From a virus (Duplodnaviria; Caudoviricetes): a stretch of 64,000 nucleotides of DNA. A program made the position numbers and the translations under genes. Positions 8,637 to 18,139 of the stretch are shown here, piece by piece. Positions within the stretch are counted from its first letter, which is position 1. Every line of letters begins with the position of its first letter. The stretch spans positions 32,001-96,000 of IMG/VR virus record IMGVR_UViG_2595698517_000001; one strand, given 5' to 3'. The notes under the pieces were generated by a model. That model was given only the letters and a program-made list of their open reading frames with translations. It was not told the origin of the DNA and did not search any database.

Positions 8637-9038
8637 CTACTTCTTATTACTTGTTTGTAAATCAATATCAGGAATAATTGTTTCAGGTCTGAAGATTACT
8701 TTGTAGTGGTACGCATCTTCATACTTTGCATCCGTCTGTTCAATGAAATAAGTAACATTGTCACTCAATCCAAGATAGTGTTTTTTATACTGGTCTTTAC
8801 CTACTTTACATGTAATGCTTACTTTCTTATCACTACTAGCATCAAGCGCACATAAACCTTCAACTGACAGTAAATACTTATCAGTGATACCATTGACAAA
8901 TACTACTCTGCGCTGCACTTCAAAGGAATCTGCTGATTTCGATAAGTTCTGAGAAACTGTATCTGCTTCTGTACTACAACCTGCTAGACCTACCATTGCC
9001 ATAATAGCTAACAAACCTGCGTAAATTAGTTTTTTCAT
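8637..9038 (-). CDS. lipoprotein
   Basis: signal peptide with LAGC lipobox; conserved phage lipoprotein motif FEVQRRVVFVNGITD. Confidence 0.8.
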   Translation of the reverse strand: MKKLIYAGLLAIMAMVGLAGCSTEADTVSQNLSKSADSFEVQRRVVFVNGITDKYLLSVEGLCALDASSDKKVSITCKVGKDQYKKHYLGLSDNVTYFIEQTDAKYEDAYHYKVIFRPETIIPDIDLQTSNKK

Positions 9039-9039
9039 A

Positions 9040-9381
9040 CTATTTTACCTCCTGGATAGTATCTATATTCGGGTACATTGAGAAGATTGGTACTCGGAAG
9101 CCACGCATCTTCACTTTGTATTTTTTACCTGTATGTACTTTAGCCTGGATGTCTGCTGAGTCCCATTTAAGCATTAATAAGCTATCTTTGTTCACTAATA
9201 CTTTCTCATCCTCGTTCTTTTCTTGTACAACTACATAGAAGTGGTCTGAGTCACCTTTACGCTTGTTATACTTCTCTGTAACTACACCCTCTACTTCAGA
9301 TACATGAAAGTAACTGAAGATAGAGAATGACATGATTAGTGCCAGGAAGCACAGTCCTACGATCACTTTAAGCTTGTCCAT
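9040..9381 (-). CDS. DUF1523-like membrane-anchored protein
   Basis: TM helix then DSADIQA...GFRVPIFSMYPNI; start moved to MDKLK. Confidence 0.65.
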   Translation of the reverse strand: MDKLKVIVGLCFLALIMSFSIFSYFHVSEVEGVVTEKYNKRKGDSDHFYVVVQEKNEDEKVLVNKDSLLMLKWDSADIQAKVHTGKKYKVKMRGFRVPIFSMYPNIDTIQEVK

Positions 9382-9502
9382 CTTGTTTTTCCTCCTCTTC
9401 CTTACATCTCTCACAGTTTTCATCATCTATATAAGCAACTACGCATCTAGGCTCCCACTCTTCCATTTTCTTTTTGAAATGCTTCTTGCAGAGAGTCTCC
9501 AT
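9368..9502 (-). CDS. 44-aa Cys/His-containing hypothetical protein (not in ORF track)
   Basis: METLCKKH...CERC; AAGGAG RBS; TAATG coupling. Confidence 0.55.
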   Translation of the reverse strand: METLCKKHFKKKMEEWEPRCVVAYIDDENCERCKEEEEKQDGQA

Positions 9503-10617
9503 TATGCTTTCTCCTTCCGAAGGAAGTTACCATTAGATAGATACACTTTACGATGTTTTGAAGGTTGTAACTGCTCGTGTAACTCTTCTAGTGAACCGCT
9601 AAATACTTGAACATCTCTTTCAGAATAACGTCTATCATAGTCCCAAAAGCTTGCTCTGTATTTATACCCGATGATTTCCCCTTTGTCACCCCAACGCCAG
9701 TTACGCTCGTATATAGCTTCTTTATGGATATTAACCTCTTCGTTCTTATATTCCCCTTGTGTTACATACAGTCGTGGAGTAGAGCGGTTTTCCCACTGAC
9801 CTTCCATGTACTTATTTAGCGCTTCTAAAGACAATGGACTGTACTCATATGCGTCCTCATCAATCGGGGAGTATTCTTCCCAGTGCTCCATAAGCTCGAT
9901 CATATCTGCATACCGTTCATGAGGTACCTCAGAAGCAGAACGAACAAACATTTTATTAATATTACTTGTAGCACTGACTGATACTTTTTGCTCACCTTCA
10001 GCATTCGTCCATACTCGACCAAAATAGAAATGCTTTGCACTCTTTTTCTTACCAGTCCAACTATTATAGTTGTGGTATTTTCCTAAGAATACTTTTTCGT
10101 CCCCATTTGTTGTAACGTAAGCGAACCCAGGCTTTAACTCTTTAGGCTTAACAAACAGGTCTTCTTTGACCATTGTGTTATACTCTATGATCTCTGCATA
10201 ATCAGGAGAGTCTACAGGAAGCAGTACAAGCTGTGTATTATCCCAGGCATATACAAACTCACCTTCTAAGCCCTTTCCTTTGTTACACACGCAGTTTTCT
10301 AGAATGAACATAAGGTTAGGTATTGTAATCTCTATCTCGAAGCCCCGAGGATCGTAGACACGTACATAAGACTGCCTGTGGTTCCATCCTGTAGAATACC
10401 CACCTGCTTTTTTATTCAGTACTAACCCTGAAGTCGGTACGTTATCAACCACCATAGGCTCAATCTTCTTATGTCTCCAACTCTCCCAGGACGCTTCTTT
10501 ACGTAGTACGCCTTTCTCGTCCCAGTAGATGATATAGGCTAGTTGCCCATCGTATGTATCTCGTCCACCCTGGAAACCAATCTTAAGCTTGTCAGGTACC
10601 TTTAAATTAGTCTTCAA
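9502..10617 (-). CDS. conserved hypothetical phage protein (371 aa)
   Basis: long ORF with GGAGG RBS. Confidence 0.8.
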   Translation of the reverse strand: MKTNLKVPDKLKIGFQGGRDTYDGQLAYIIYWDEKGVLRKEASWESWRHKKIEPMVVDNVPTSGLVLNKKAGGYSTGWNHRQSYVRVYDPRGFEIEITIPNLMFILENCVCNKGKGLEGEFVYAWDNTQLVLLPVDSPDYAEIIEYNTMVKEDLFVKPKELKPGFAYVTTNGDEKVFLGKYHNYNSWTGKKKSAKHFYFGRVWTNAEGEQKVSVSATSNINKMFVRSASEVPHERYADMIELMEHWEEYSPIDEDAYEYSPLSLEALNKYMEGQWENRSTPRLYVTQGEYKNEEVNIHKEAIYERNWRWGDKGEIIGYKYRASFWDYDRRYSERDVQVFSGSLEELHEQLQPSKHRKVYLSNGNFLRKEKA

Positions 10618-11360
10618 TTTGTTTCCTCCTTAAGTGGAATAGGTTGTACAACGTTAAACCCTAGTCTTTTAGCTTCTGCTACGTCAAAACCTTCGTCCAG
10701 GTGCATACAGTATACCGAGCCACGATTCGCCTTGATAAGCTCACTAAGCTCTCTAAGCGATAGGTGTACATTTCCTTTGTAATCTGCTATACACGTATCT
10801 TGGTAAAAGTAATCGATTTTACCTTGCTCGTGCATAGTGGCAATGTATGGAGATATGAAGTTAGAGTCTCCGCTATAGTAAATTGTTTGGTCTTTGTACG
10901 AGATTAGGTACCCATAACATTGTAGTGCCGACACATGACGTGTAGGAACCACTGAGAATTGAATATGGAAGTCACCTTTTTTAAATCCTGGTGGATACTC
11001 GTTAGACGAATCAAACTGGATTAGTCTGTAAGCGTCTCTACCTACGCCCATACCTTCTAACACTTTACTAATCTTCATATCATATGGAGCGTATACAGTG
11101 GTTGCTATAGCTCCCATTTTACCCATCTTATATTTACTGAAGAAGATAAGGTCTCCAAGCGATCCTACATGGTCAGGGTGTGTATGAGTCATTAGTACTA
11201 CAATTTCCTCTACACCTTCTAACAGGTCGCTACGTCTGATTCTGTCGAAGTTAGCACTACCGCAGTCAATCATGAATAGTACGTTACCTTCCTTAATGAA
11301 AGCACTGTTGTTACCTAAAGCTGTGTTAAACGCACTCCCGCATCCAATAAAGTTTAACAT
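10614..11360 (-). CDS. apyc1: metallo-beta-lactamase fold phosphodiesterase, Apyc1 (anti-Pycsar)-like
   Basis: GCGSAF, NNSA, IDCG, THTHPDH, PTRHVS, YSGD, VHLSLREL and MH motifs in the same order as Apyc1. Confidence 0.7.
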   Translation of the reverse strand: MLNFIGCGSAFNTALGNNSAFIKEGNVLFMIDCGSANFDRIRRSDLLEGVEEIVVLMTHTHPDHVGSLGDLIFFSKYKMGKMGAIATTVYAPYDMKISKVLEGMGVGRDAYRLIQFDSSNEYPPGFKKGDFHIQFSVVPTRHVSALQCYGYLISYKDQTIYYSGDSNFISPYIATMHEQGKIDYFYQDTCIADYKGNVHLSLRELSELIKANRGSVYCMHLDEGFDVAEAKRLGFNVVQPIPLKEETN

Positions 11361-11371
11361 GTTGTTCCTCC

Positions 11372-11569
11372 TCAACCAAATATGATTTCATAAACTGGTA
11401 CATCTTGGTATGTTGCTACCCAAGGCATACACAGTGTATAAATCAGGAATAATATCATTATAGCTTTTATAAGCTTGCTTTTCCCTAACTGATAAGCTAA
11501 CCATATGCCAAAGGCGGCTAGTAGAATCATTGGGATGCATAGTATGTATGCTGCTAATAACACCATCAA
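11372..11569 (-). CDS. small membrane protein
   Basis: two hydrophobic helices. Confidence 0.65.
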   Translation of the reverse strand: MMVLLAAYILCIPMILLAAFGIWLAYQLGKSKLIKAIMILFLIYTLCMPWVATYQDVPVYEIIFG

Positions 11570-11587
11570 AGGCTTGTCCTCCTTTAT

Positions 11588-11617
11588 TTAAAAGAAGTAG
11601 GGGAAACCCCCTACTCT
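11588..11617 (-). terminator. intrinsic terminator
   Basis: GTAGGGG/CCCCTAC stem plus T-rich tail. Confidence 0.6.
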
Positions 11618-12693
11618 TAAGCTAAATTGTAGTTAACACCGACTTCTCTTACATGAGTAATGACTACAGATTCAACTGTAACTTGTGCCACGTCTTCACT
11701 GTCAGACTGTAATTCTGTCTGTACGTATTCACCTTCAAGTGTCATGCAGTTAGCACCTTCCACAATGTTACCTGGGTCGAATGTAATAACTAGGTAGTCA
11801 TCACGATCAATGTATTTATCCAGGCGAATCTCTTCACTGAATAGGCTAAGGTTTCGGTCTTTGAAGTCGATAACTCTGCCGCCAGTTAGAGTAACCTTCA
11901 CATCGTAACGTTGTGTCTCAGTTGTTAGGATGTTTAAGTCACCGATAGAAGAGCGGAATGTGTAACCTTCGTTTAACTCGAATGCGATCGCACGTAAGCT
12001 ATCATAGTTAAGTTTCACACGGTTTGCAAACGATACAACATGTTTGATTTCACCGTGGTACTGCTCGTCCACTTTGTCACGTAAGTAGATTTCAACTTCA
12101 GCAGATGATGGATAGTCGAAACGGATATGGTAATGGAATCGACCAGGACGACTAAGCATGAAGCTATTTACTTTATGTAAATCGTTAACTGTGATAGCAT
12201 ACATACGTTTCTTTTGAGATGTACCATCGAATAGTCCTAGTAAACTGTCTTGCTTTTCTGCATCTTCATTACGTGGGTTGAACATCTTTTCAAATTCATC
12301 GAATACAACTAAGCATTCCTGGTCAATCGATTCAATGAAGTCTGCAATCCCTGGGTACGCTTTTGGAACCATGATAACAGGAATGTCTAAATCCTCTACA
12401 ACTCGTTCACCAATTAACTGCACGAACATTGATTTACCCATACCTTTGTGACCACTTAATATGATACCTAAGCTACGATCGAACTTGTTGTATGATTTTA
12501 GAACTTTATCAATCTTCTCCTGGTGGCTACCGTAAATCTTTTCTTCTTTAGATACAAAGTTGTCAATTCTTTCTAAGAAGAAGCCTGATCGTGGGTGGAA
12601 CTCTGCTTTGTATGTACCCGCAGGTAATTTATCGTAAGTTTTTAAGTCATCCCCATAGATTCTGTATGTAGTACCAACGCTAACGATTTTCAT
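11617..12693 (-). CDS. AAA+ ATPase
   Basis: Walker A GHKGMGKS, Walker B VVFDEFEK, SRPGRF arginine finger. Confidence 0.9.
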   Translation of the reverse strand: MKIVSVGTTYRIYGDDLKTYDKLPAGTYKAEFHPRSGFFLERIDNFVSKEEKIYGSHQEKIDKVLKSYNKFDRSLGIILSGHKGMGKSMFVQLIGERVVEDLDIPVIMVPKAYPGIADFIESIDQECLVVFDEFEKMFNPRNEDAEKQDSLLGLFDGTSQKKRMYAITVNDLHKVNSFMLSRPGRFHYHIRFDYPSSAEVEIYLRDKVDEQYHGEIKHVVSFANRVKLNYDSLRAIAFELNEGYTFRSSIGDLNILTTETQRYDVKVTLTGGRVIDFKDRNLSLFSEEIRLDKYIDRDDYLVITFDPGNIVEGANCMTLEGEYVQTELQSDSEDVAQVTVESVVITHVREVGVNYNLA

Positions 12694-12766
12694 AATAATT
12701 TTTCTCCTCTTCATTTAAGTTTAGTTTTTTATTATTTAATGGAGCAGGGGGCGAACCCCCTACTGT

Positions 12767-13156
12767 TTAAAGGCTGTCGATTCTAGCTTGGATTTCCGCA
12801 GCAGACAAATTCTTTAATTCTTCGTTTTGCTTATCTGCTAAGATTGCCATTAATTTTTGCTTCTCTTCTTTCTTAGCTTTAGCTTCTTGTAGTGCTTCCT
12901 TCTCAGACACTTTCACTGTGTAGATGTACTTCACAATTTCAACCTTTAATTCAAGCTCTTTGTCTTTAGTCGTTTTTACTTTCGTTAAGCTTTCCTCAGA
13001 CACTTGCTTTAACTCAGCGTTAAGCGTTTTGAATACTGCATCTAACTGAGTTGGTGTTAAATCCCATAAGTCGATTACTGAAATCAAACCTCGGAATGGG
13101 AAAAGCATTTTCGTACGTGTAGCTACCTCAAATAATTTGTCAGTTGTGTTTGTCAT
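12767..13156 (-). CDS. conserved hypothetical coiled-coil protein
   Basis: GAGGAG RBS; FPFRG..SV.DLWDL motif. Confidence 0.8.
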   Translation of the reverse strand: MTNTTDKLFEVATRTKMLFPFRGLISVIDLWDLTPTQLDAVFKTLNAELKQVSEESLTKVKTTKDKELELKVEIVKYIYTVKVSEKEALQEAKAKKEEKQKLMAILADKQNEELKNLSAAEIQARIDSL

Positions 13157-13191
13157 AATAATTCACTACTCCTCTTCTTTAATTAGTTTTA

Positions 13192-15225
13192 TTAGAATTT
13201 TACTTTTACTACTCGTTCTGTTTGACCCTTAACCTTGATTAACACTTCGTTGCGCTTCGTAGATGAGAAACCTACACCTGATAACTGGTCTTCAACTTGC
13301 TTAACTGCCATTTTGCTACCTAACGCTTCGAATACTCGTTTATGTGGTAACAAGTCAGCTTTTAAGAACTCGTTGTAGAAACCATTTGGATTCTCAGGGT
13401 TCACGCAATCTTTCAGCATGAAGAAGTAATGCTTGTGACCAATTCCTTGTTGCTCGTCCCAATAGTTAGGAGAGAACATCGCTACTGATACTGGGATGAA
13501 TTGGTTCGTTTTAAGACCCCATACATCCTTAGAAGACAAGCTAGATGGTAATTTCTCTGTGATAGTGAAGTTAGTACCATCAAAGTATACTTCTGCAACT
13601 TCAACGTTTTCACCGTCACGTAATGGTTGTGTGTACTCGAATGCGAATACTTGTCCATCAAATTCAACCTCAGCTTTGAAGCCAGTACGTCCACCACGGT
13701 TGTTGTAGTTATTTACCACGAAGCGGTATTTACCTGGTTGCATTCTAGCTTTAGAAGCCCATGTGATGTTCTCTACAGCAGGTGTACCTTGTGTTGGGTG
13801 GATAATATCTACGTCTAACTTGCCGCCAGTGAATCGGCTAACTTTGCTACCGAAGTAGATACGGTTTCCGTTTGGTTCGAAGCAATGAGCATCCAGGTCG
13901 TTACCATCGTACTCCTCATCGTTCCATTGGATAGAGAATCGTAACACACCATCGACTTTACCGCCCGCAGACTTTACATTTTCTTTCATAGAGCTGTCTG
14001 TGATGTTACCTGAGTAAGCCCAACTGAAAGCGTTGTTCCATTTGAATAGCGTATTGCCTGTGTTGTGTTCAGGTGCGATCAGTGAAACCATGTTACTTGC
14101 GTGCTTGTTCTCTAAGTATAGCTCTAACTCTTGTGCTGTTGGTAATACGTTAGCTAAGAAAGCTTCGATAGAGATTTCTTCAACTCGTGCAAACTTTTTA
14201 GGGTTAACAGCTACTTCATTCATCATCTCTTCGAACACATTACCTGCCATACGTTTAGCAGCAAACTTGTTAGAGAATAGGACGTTATTGACTGTGATGT
14301 CTTCTAAGCGTGCATAACGTCTTCCTAGCTCGTCCATTAAGCCTAGCTCTTGAATTGTCTTTTGTGCTTCTTCTAACATCTTCTTAGTGAAGATTGCTTT
14401 AGGGCGCTTATAGTTAGCAGGAGCCACGATTACTTCATATTTCTTAACCGCTGTATCTAAATCCATACCTTCACTGATATTGACAAGTAAAGTACCGATA
14501 CTGTGGTTACGAATCTTACCGATCGCACTTCCGATGCGTACTGACTGTTCCCAAGCCCAGTTTTCTCTAGCTGAAGGCTCTAATACATCGTATGCTTGTT
14601 TGAAAGCAAGGAACTGAGTTAAGACCTTTTGCCATTCTGCACCTTTGTATAAGGAGTTCTGAGCGATCAGGTCTAATACGGTAACGATACTCTCTTCAGA
14701 GATTTCATCCAGTGAGCGCTTGAATACATTTCGTACATCTCGAAGTCCACCACGGATTTCAGCTTCTGAGCGGCTGCTGCGGTTAACAAATTTATCAGGT
14801 AAGTCTACATGTAAATGCTGCCAGTCGTAAATTTGTGCACCTACTTGCTCAAGGTTACTATCAGTACCAATCTTCTTGAACTTGTTAACCCATACGTCTG
14901 TAACTGCATGTCCTTTAATGAAGCGTGATAGAGCGTCTAATACTGGTTGGAATGTTGTACTTTCCACTTGGAAGTCCCAAATAGTGTGTACTTTGTTATC
15001 CTTGATAACTACTACATTACCCATGTTACGAATGAAGTTTCGGCAAGCGCTGCAATCGTACTCTCTACGCTCACGGAATACTTGGTTAGTTCCTTCAGGG
15101 AAACTATCTAAATATAAGTCCCACATTACATCCTTGTCTACTTCTACTTCAAATAAATGGTCAACCTCTTGTACTAAGCCTTTAAAGTTCTTTTTAAGTT
15201 CCTTTTTAAATTGTTTGAATTCCAT
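13192..15225 (-). CDS. large hypothetical protein with YfaP/DUF2135-like domain
   Basis: LRFSIQW..DLDAHCFEP..GKLDVD..AVENITW..PGKYRF motif set; N-terminal CSAC. Confidence 0.75.
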   Translation of the reverse strand: MEFKQFKKELKKNFKGLVQEVDHLFEVEVDKDVMWDLYLDSFPEGTNQVFRERREYDCSACRNFIRNMGNVVVIKDNKVHTIWDFQVESTTFQPVLDALSRFIKGHAVTDVWVNKFKKIGTDSNLEQVGAQIYDWQHLHVDLPDKFVNRSSRSEAEIRGGLRDVRNVFKRSLDEISEESIVTVLDLIAQNSLYKGAEWQKVLTQFLAFKQAYDVLEPSARENWAWEQSVRIGSAIGKIRNHSIGTLLVNISEGMDLDTAVKKYEVIVAPANYKRPKAIFTKKMLEEAQKTIQELGLMDELGRRYARLEDITVNNVLFSNKFAAKRMAGNVFEEMMNEVAVNPKKFARVEEISIEAFLANVLPTAQELELYLENKHASNMVSLIAPEHNTGNTLFKWNNAFSWAYSGNITDSSMKENVKSAGGKVDGVLRFSIQWNDEEYDGNDLDAHCFEPNGNRIYFGSKVSRFTGGKLDVDIIHPTQGTPAVENITWASKARMQPGKYRFVVNNYNNRGGRTGFKAEVEFDGQVFAFEYTQPLRDGENVEVAEVYFDGTNFTITEKLPSSLSSKDVWGLKTNQFIPVSVAMFSPNYWDEQQGIGHKHYFFMLKDCVNPENPNGFYNEFLKADLLPHKRVFEALGSKMAVKQVEDQLSGVGFSSTKRNEVLIKVKGQTERVVKVKF

Positions 15226-15251
15226 TTCAATCTCTCCCTTTTAATTGTTTT

Positions 15252-15470
15252 TTATTGGTTTTTATTTACTAAGAATAACTCATTTGCATAAGGACTAACT
15301 ACTAGCATTTGAACGTGATACTGGTTCTGCGGGCAGTTTAGCATAGGCTCGTCCTTCCTGGTAACACCTAACATGATTTTTGTATCAAAACCAACGTCAG
15401 GAGTATCCATCGCCCATTCTATAAGCTCACCTATAGTTAGGACTTTATTAATCTGTTTACTCGATGCCAT
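15252..15470 (-). CDS. hypothetical protein
   Basis: ORF coupled in operon. Confidence 0.65.
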   Translation of the reverse strand: MASSKQINKVLTIGELIEWAMDTPDVGFDTKIMLGVTRKDEPMLNCPQNQYHVQMLVVSPYANELFLVNKNQ

Positions 15471-15649
15471 TAAAACTCACCTTCTTCATGTTCAATCTCT
15501 GCAATCGTTATGTAAATCGCCCCTCGAACATGGTCTTTCACATGATCGAGAGAACCGACAGCCATTCTCTTGTTGCCATCTGCTAAGTGTTTTTCTGCTA
15601 AGTCTAAGAAGTGTCTAGCTTTTTGTATTTTCTCCGCTGTTAACTCCAT
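15470..15649 (-). CDS. 59-aa hypothetical protein (not in ORF track)
   Basis: MELTAEKIQ...; GGGGGAG RBS; TAATG coupling. Confidence 0.6.
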   Translation of the reverse strand: MELTAEKIQKARHFLDLAEKHLADGNKRMAVGSLDHVKDHVRGAIYITIAEIEHEEGEF

Positions 15650-15670
15650 TTTCTTCTCCCCCTGATTCCC

Positions 15671-15739
15671 CTACTTACCTGCTTTGTAATCTGCAATCAA
15701 TTTAGTAATTTCGTAAACACCGTTTTCTAAAGCTACCAT
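15671..15739 (-). CDS. 22-aa micropeptide
   Basis: MVALENGVYEITKLIADYKAGK after GGAGG RBS. Confidence 0.45.
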   Translation of the reverse strand: MVALENGVYEITKLIADYKAGK

Positions 15740-15756
15740 AACATGGTCACCTCCCT

Positions 15757-15948
15757 TCAGTGGTTATTCTTATTTCGTTCACGTTCTTGTCGTCTACCCT
15801 CTAACTGCCAACCGATGATTCCTGCGGCTACGATCGAACCGATTATCAGGAATCCTGGGAAAAACACCAGGAGTACGAGGAACGCTACTACCATACCGAT
15901 GACTGCAAACACTGCGCCTATAACTTCCATAGGGTTCATGTCCAACAC
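15757..15948 (-). CDS. small membrane protein
   Basis: hydrophobic hairpin; first gene after promoter. Confidence 0.65.
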   Translation of the reverse strand: MLDMNPMEVIGAVFAVIGMVVAFLVLLVFFPGFLIIGSIVAAGIIGWQLEGRRQERERNKNNH

Positions 15949-15971
15949 CTTCCTTGTTATGTTATATACTC

Positions 15972-16000
15972 ATTGTAACAGGGTGTTTACTGCTAGTCAA
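15972..16000 (-). promoter_or_regulatory. sigma-A-like early promoter
   Basis: TTGACT-17bp-TACAAT with TG. Confidence 0.75.
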
Positions 16001-16024
16001 CTATATAATTAAGTTTTTTCCAAA

Positions 16025-16411
16025 TTAATGAATAACTTCTAAACTTATACCGTGGTTGGTTAGTTCTTCTACTACTTTTTCCTTGCTTTTGGTCTTTGTA
16101 ACCATGCCTTGGAAATCCTTACGATGGAAGTAGAATAACCTAGCTACAGTTTCTACAGTAGCGGTGTTGTCAGGAAACTTAAAGTTATTTGGGAAGATTT
16201 CATTAAACTCTTTCCACTTAATCCACTCAGCTGTAATGTCTACAGTTCCTGAAGTGATCGTGTATTCAGACTCCTCATTGTCCCACCAGTTAATGTGGTT
16301 TACGTCTACTGCGTGATATATGCCAGGATCAGTTTCGTCTTTCTTAACGAATACTGCACCATGTACGAGTGTTTTAGAACTTTCATTACATTTCAACCAA
16401 TCTGTTTTCAT
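16025..16411 (-). CDS. hypothetical early protein
   Basis: start moved to ATG 16411 (AAGGAG RBS); the track start lies inside the promoter. Confidence 0.75.
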   Translation of the reverse strand: MKTDWLKCNESSKTLVHGAVFVKKDETDPGIYHAVDVNHINWWDNEESEYTITSGTVDITAEWIKWKEFNEIFPNNFKFPDNTATVETVARLFYFHRKDFQGMVTKTKSKEKVVEELTNHGISLEVIH

Positions 16412-16442
16412 CTGTAACAGCTCCTTGTTATTTGGTAAGTTA

Positions 16443-16471
16443 AATATACCATGTTGTTTTCTAGAGGTCAA
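16443..16471 (-). promoter_or_regulatory. sigma-A-like early promoter
   Basis: TTGACC-17bp-TATATT with TG. Confidence 0.7.
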
Positions 16472-16556
16472 TAACTTTTTTAAAAAATATAAAATAAATT
16501 ATAGACAAGTTATAGTCATAAGAAAACCCTATCCAATTGTAGATAGGGTCTCGGTA

Positions 16557-16802
16557 TTATTCGTTAATTTTCTTACATCCTTTAGGCTTTCCATACTCAT
16601 CTAAACGCACAGTCATACCGCCTTTACCTGCATAACCACTTGTGCTGTCTCTATATAGATACTCACAGCCTGTCTCTTTATCAACATACGCATGGATAAC
16701 TTTCGTGCTCTCTGACTTTTGTACATCAGTTGGGGGCGGAGAGTCATCACACCCTGCTAGTGCCAACGTTAATATACCTAAAACTGCTAATAGCTTTTTC
16801 AT
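16557..16802 (-). CDS. DUF6440-like lipoprotein
   Basis: LAGC lipobox; VDKETGCEYL...GGMTVRLD..GKP. Confidence 0.75.
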   Translation of the reverse strand: MKKLLAVLGILTLALAGCDDSPPPTDVQKSESTKVIHAYVDKETGCEYLYRDSTSGYAGKGGMTVRLDEYGKPKGCKKINE

Positions 16803-16814
16803 TGCTTGTCCTCC

Positions 16815-17324
16815 TCAATCTGTTCTTGGTTTACACCAAAGTTTTTTAAACGGGCTGTAACTACTAGCTATCTTGGCTACTTCAGAACGGGAGAGAGGTG
16901 GCGTTGTTGCTGCTTCCTCTTCTGTCCACTTTCTCCTGCTCTTAAATAGGCGGTAATATAACGTAGTGTATTGTATACCGTTTAACCTTGCTCGTTCAAT
17001 TAATTCGTCACTAATGTAACGTTTTTTCGCTTTGCGGGCTCTTGCAGACTGTTCGCTGCGTGTCCTAACCTTTTCAGTTGCTGCACGTTCAGGTGTGTAC
17101 CCGAAGTTTAGTCTTGTATTGAAGGTGTCCCAACATATACCATTACTCAATGCAACTTCCTTCCATTCAGACCAACCCGTGTCAGTGTTACGTACAGGTT
17201 TAGTGATCGCTTTTTCTTTTGAAAACCCTTGATGATAAAACCGATTATGTGCTAGTTCCCTATGTATTCCATTCTTCTCTGCGATGTCGAAATCTTCAGG
17301 TGTAAGATAGCCTTCAGTAATCAT
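16815..17324 (-). CDS. DNA-binding repeat protein (PVL ORF50/SA1788-like)
   Basis: three A..NGI...R...E.A.T repeats. Confidence 0.7.
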   Translation of the reverse strand: MITEGYLTPEDFDIAEKNGIHRELAHNRFYHQGFSKEKAITKPVRNTDTGWSEWKEVALSNGICWDTFNTRLNFGYTPERAATEKVRTRSEQSARARKAKKRYISDELIERARLNGIQYTTLYYRLFKSRRKWTEEEAATTPPLSRSEVAKIASSYSPFKKLWCKPRTD

Positions 17325-17338
17325 GCTACTCTCCCCCT

Positions 17339-17707
17339 TTAATTATTCTCCTTTTGTATAAAATGTGCTGCTGTGTACCTCATTCCATTAACCCAAGCTA
17401 CCACAAACGGAAATCGGTGGTTATCAGGCTCGAAGTTTGAGTGCTTAAGTGGGTACCTTAAGGACATTTCGAGTGCTAGTTTCTTTAGACTAACCATTAA
17501 GTGCGGGTGTTTTTCTTCCCAACTTAAATATTCATCTTCTACTTGGTTTAAAAACCAGTCATACCCGTTTCGAGTGATATTCGAAATATTAAAGGAAACC
17601 TCTATCCTATGAACTTTTGAACCTGAAATGATAGCTCTGTGTGAAGGCAAGCACGTATACGCAGGTACACATTCTCCATTTTCGATGTTAAAGTACAGTT
17701 CTTTCAC
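17339..17707 (-). CDS. hypothetical protein
   Basis: ORF with GGAGG RBS. Confidence 0.7.
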   Translation of the reverse strand: MKELYFNIENGECVPAYTCLPSHRAIISGSKVHRIEVSFNISNITRNGYDWFLNQVEDEYLSWEEKHPHLMVSLKKLALEMSLRYPLKHSNFEPDNHRFPFVVAWVNGMRYTAAHFIQKENN

Positions 17708-17898
17708 TCTACACCCTCCTTTTCCAAGTAGCTAATAACTTCTTTCATTTCGGCTATTGTCATATCTGTTAGGTTTGGTACATATCCTAATACTGTACCT
17801 AGTACAAACCGTTTCTCCTTTAGCTTGTACCCTTTTTCTTTAAACAGTTTATTCATTACTCTCTTGGTCTCGTTGTGAGCCTGGAAAAACATATACAT
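17704..17898 (-). CDS. hypothetical protein
   Basis: ORF with GGGGAG RBS. Confidence 0.65.
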   Translation of the reverse strand: MYMFFQAHNETKRVMNKLFKEKGYKLKEKRFVLGTVLGYVPNLTDMTIAEMKEVISYLEKEGVE

Positions 17899-17899
17899 T

Positions 17900-18139
17900 T
17901 TAATTCTCCCCTTCAAAATAAAGACTGTATAGTCTTTTATATTCTTTTTTAATAAACGTTACTTGTGTTGCAGTTCTAACATTGAAGAATCTCTGCTGTA
18001 CATATTTGAAGTCCACATGATCGATGCTTGCAGGTGGAGCAGGGAAATAGGTAGAAGCACATACACCACTACCTGTTGTATAATAAACCCTAAGCCCTCC
18101 GTCACTACGTCTAACAAATTCCAAAGTAGGTCTCATCAT
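17900..18139 (-). CDS. hypothetical protein
   Basis: coupled ORF. Confidence 0.65.
   Translation of the reverse strand: MMRPTLEFVRRSDGGLRVYYTTGSGVCASTYFPAPPASIDHVDFKYVQQRFFNVRTATQVTFIKKEYKRLYSLYFEGEN

Noticed and set aside
8637-9038. Recombination directionality factor label sometimes given to this family
   Set aside because: The clear lipobox signal peptide and the absence of an integrase favour a lipoprotein.
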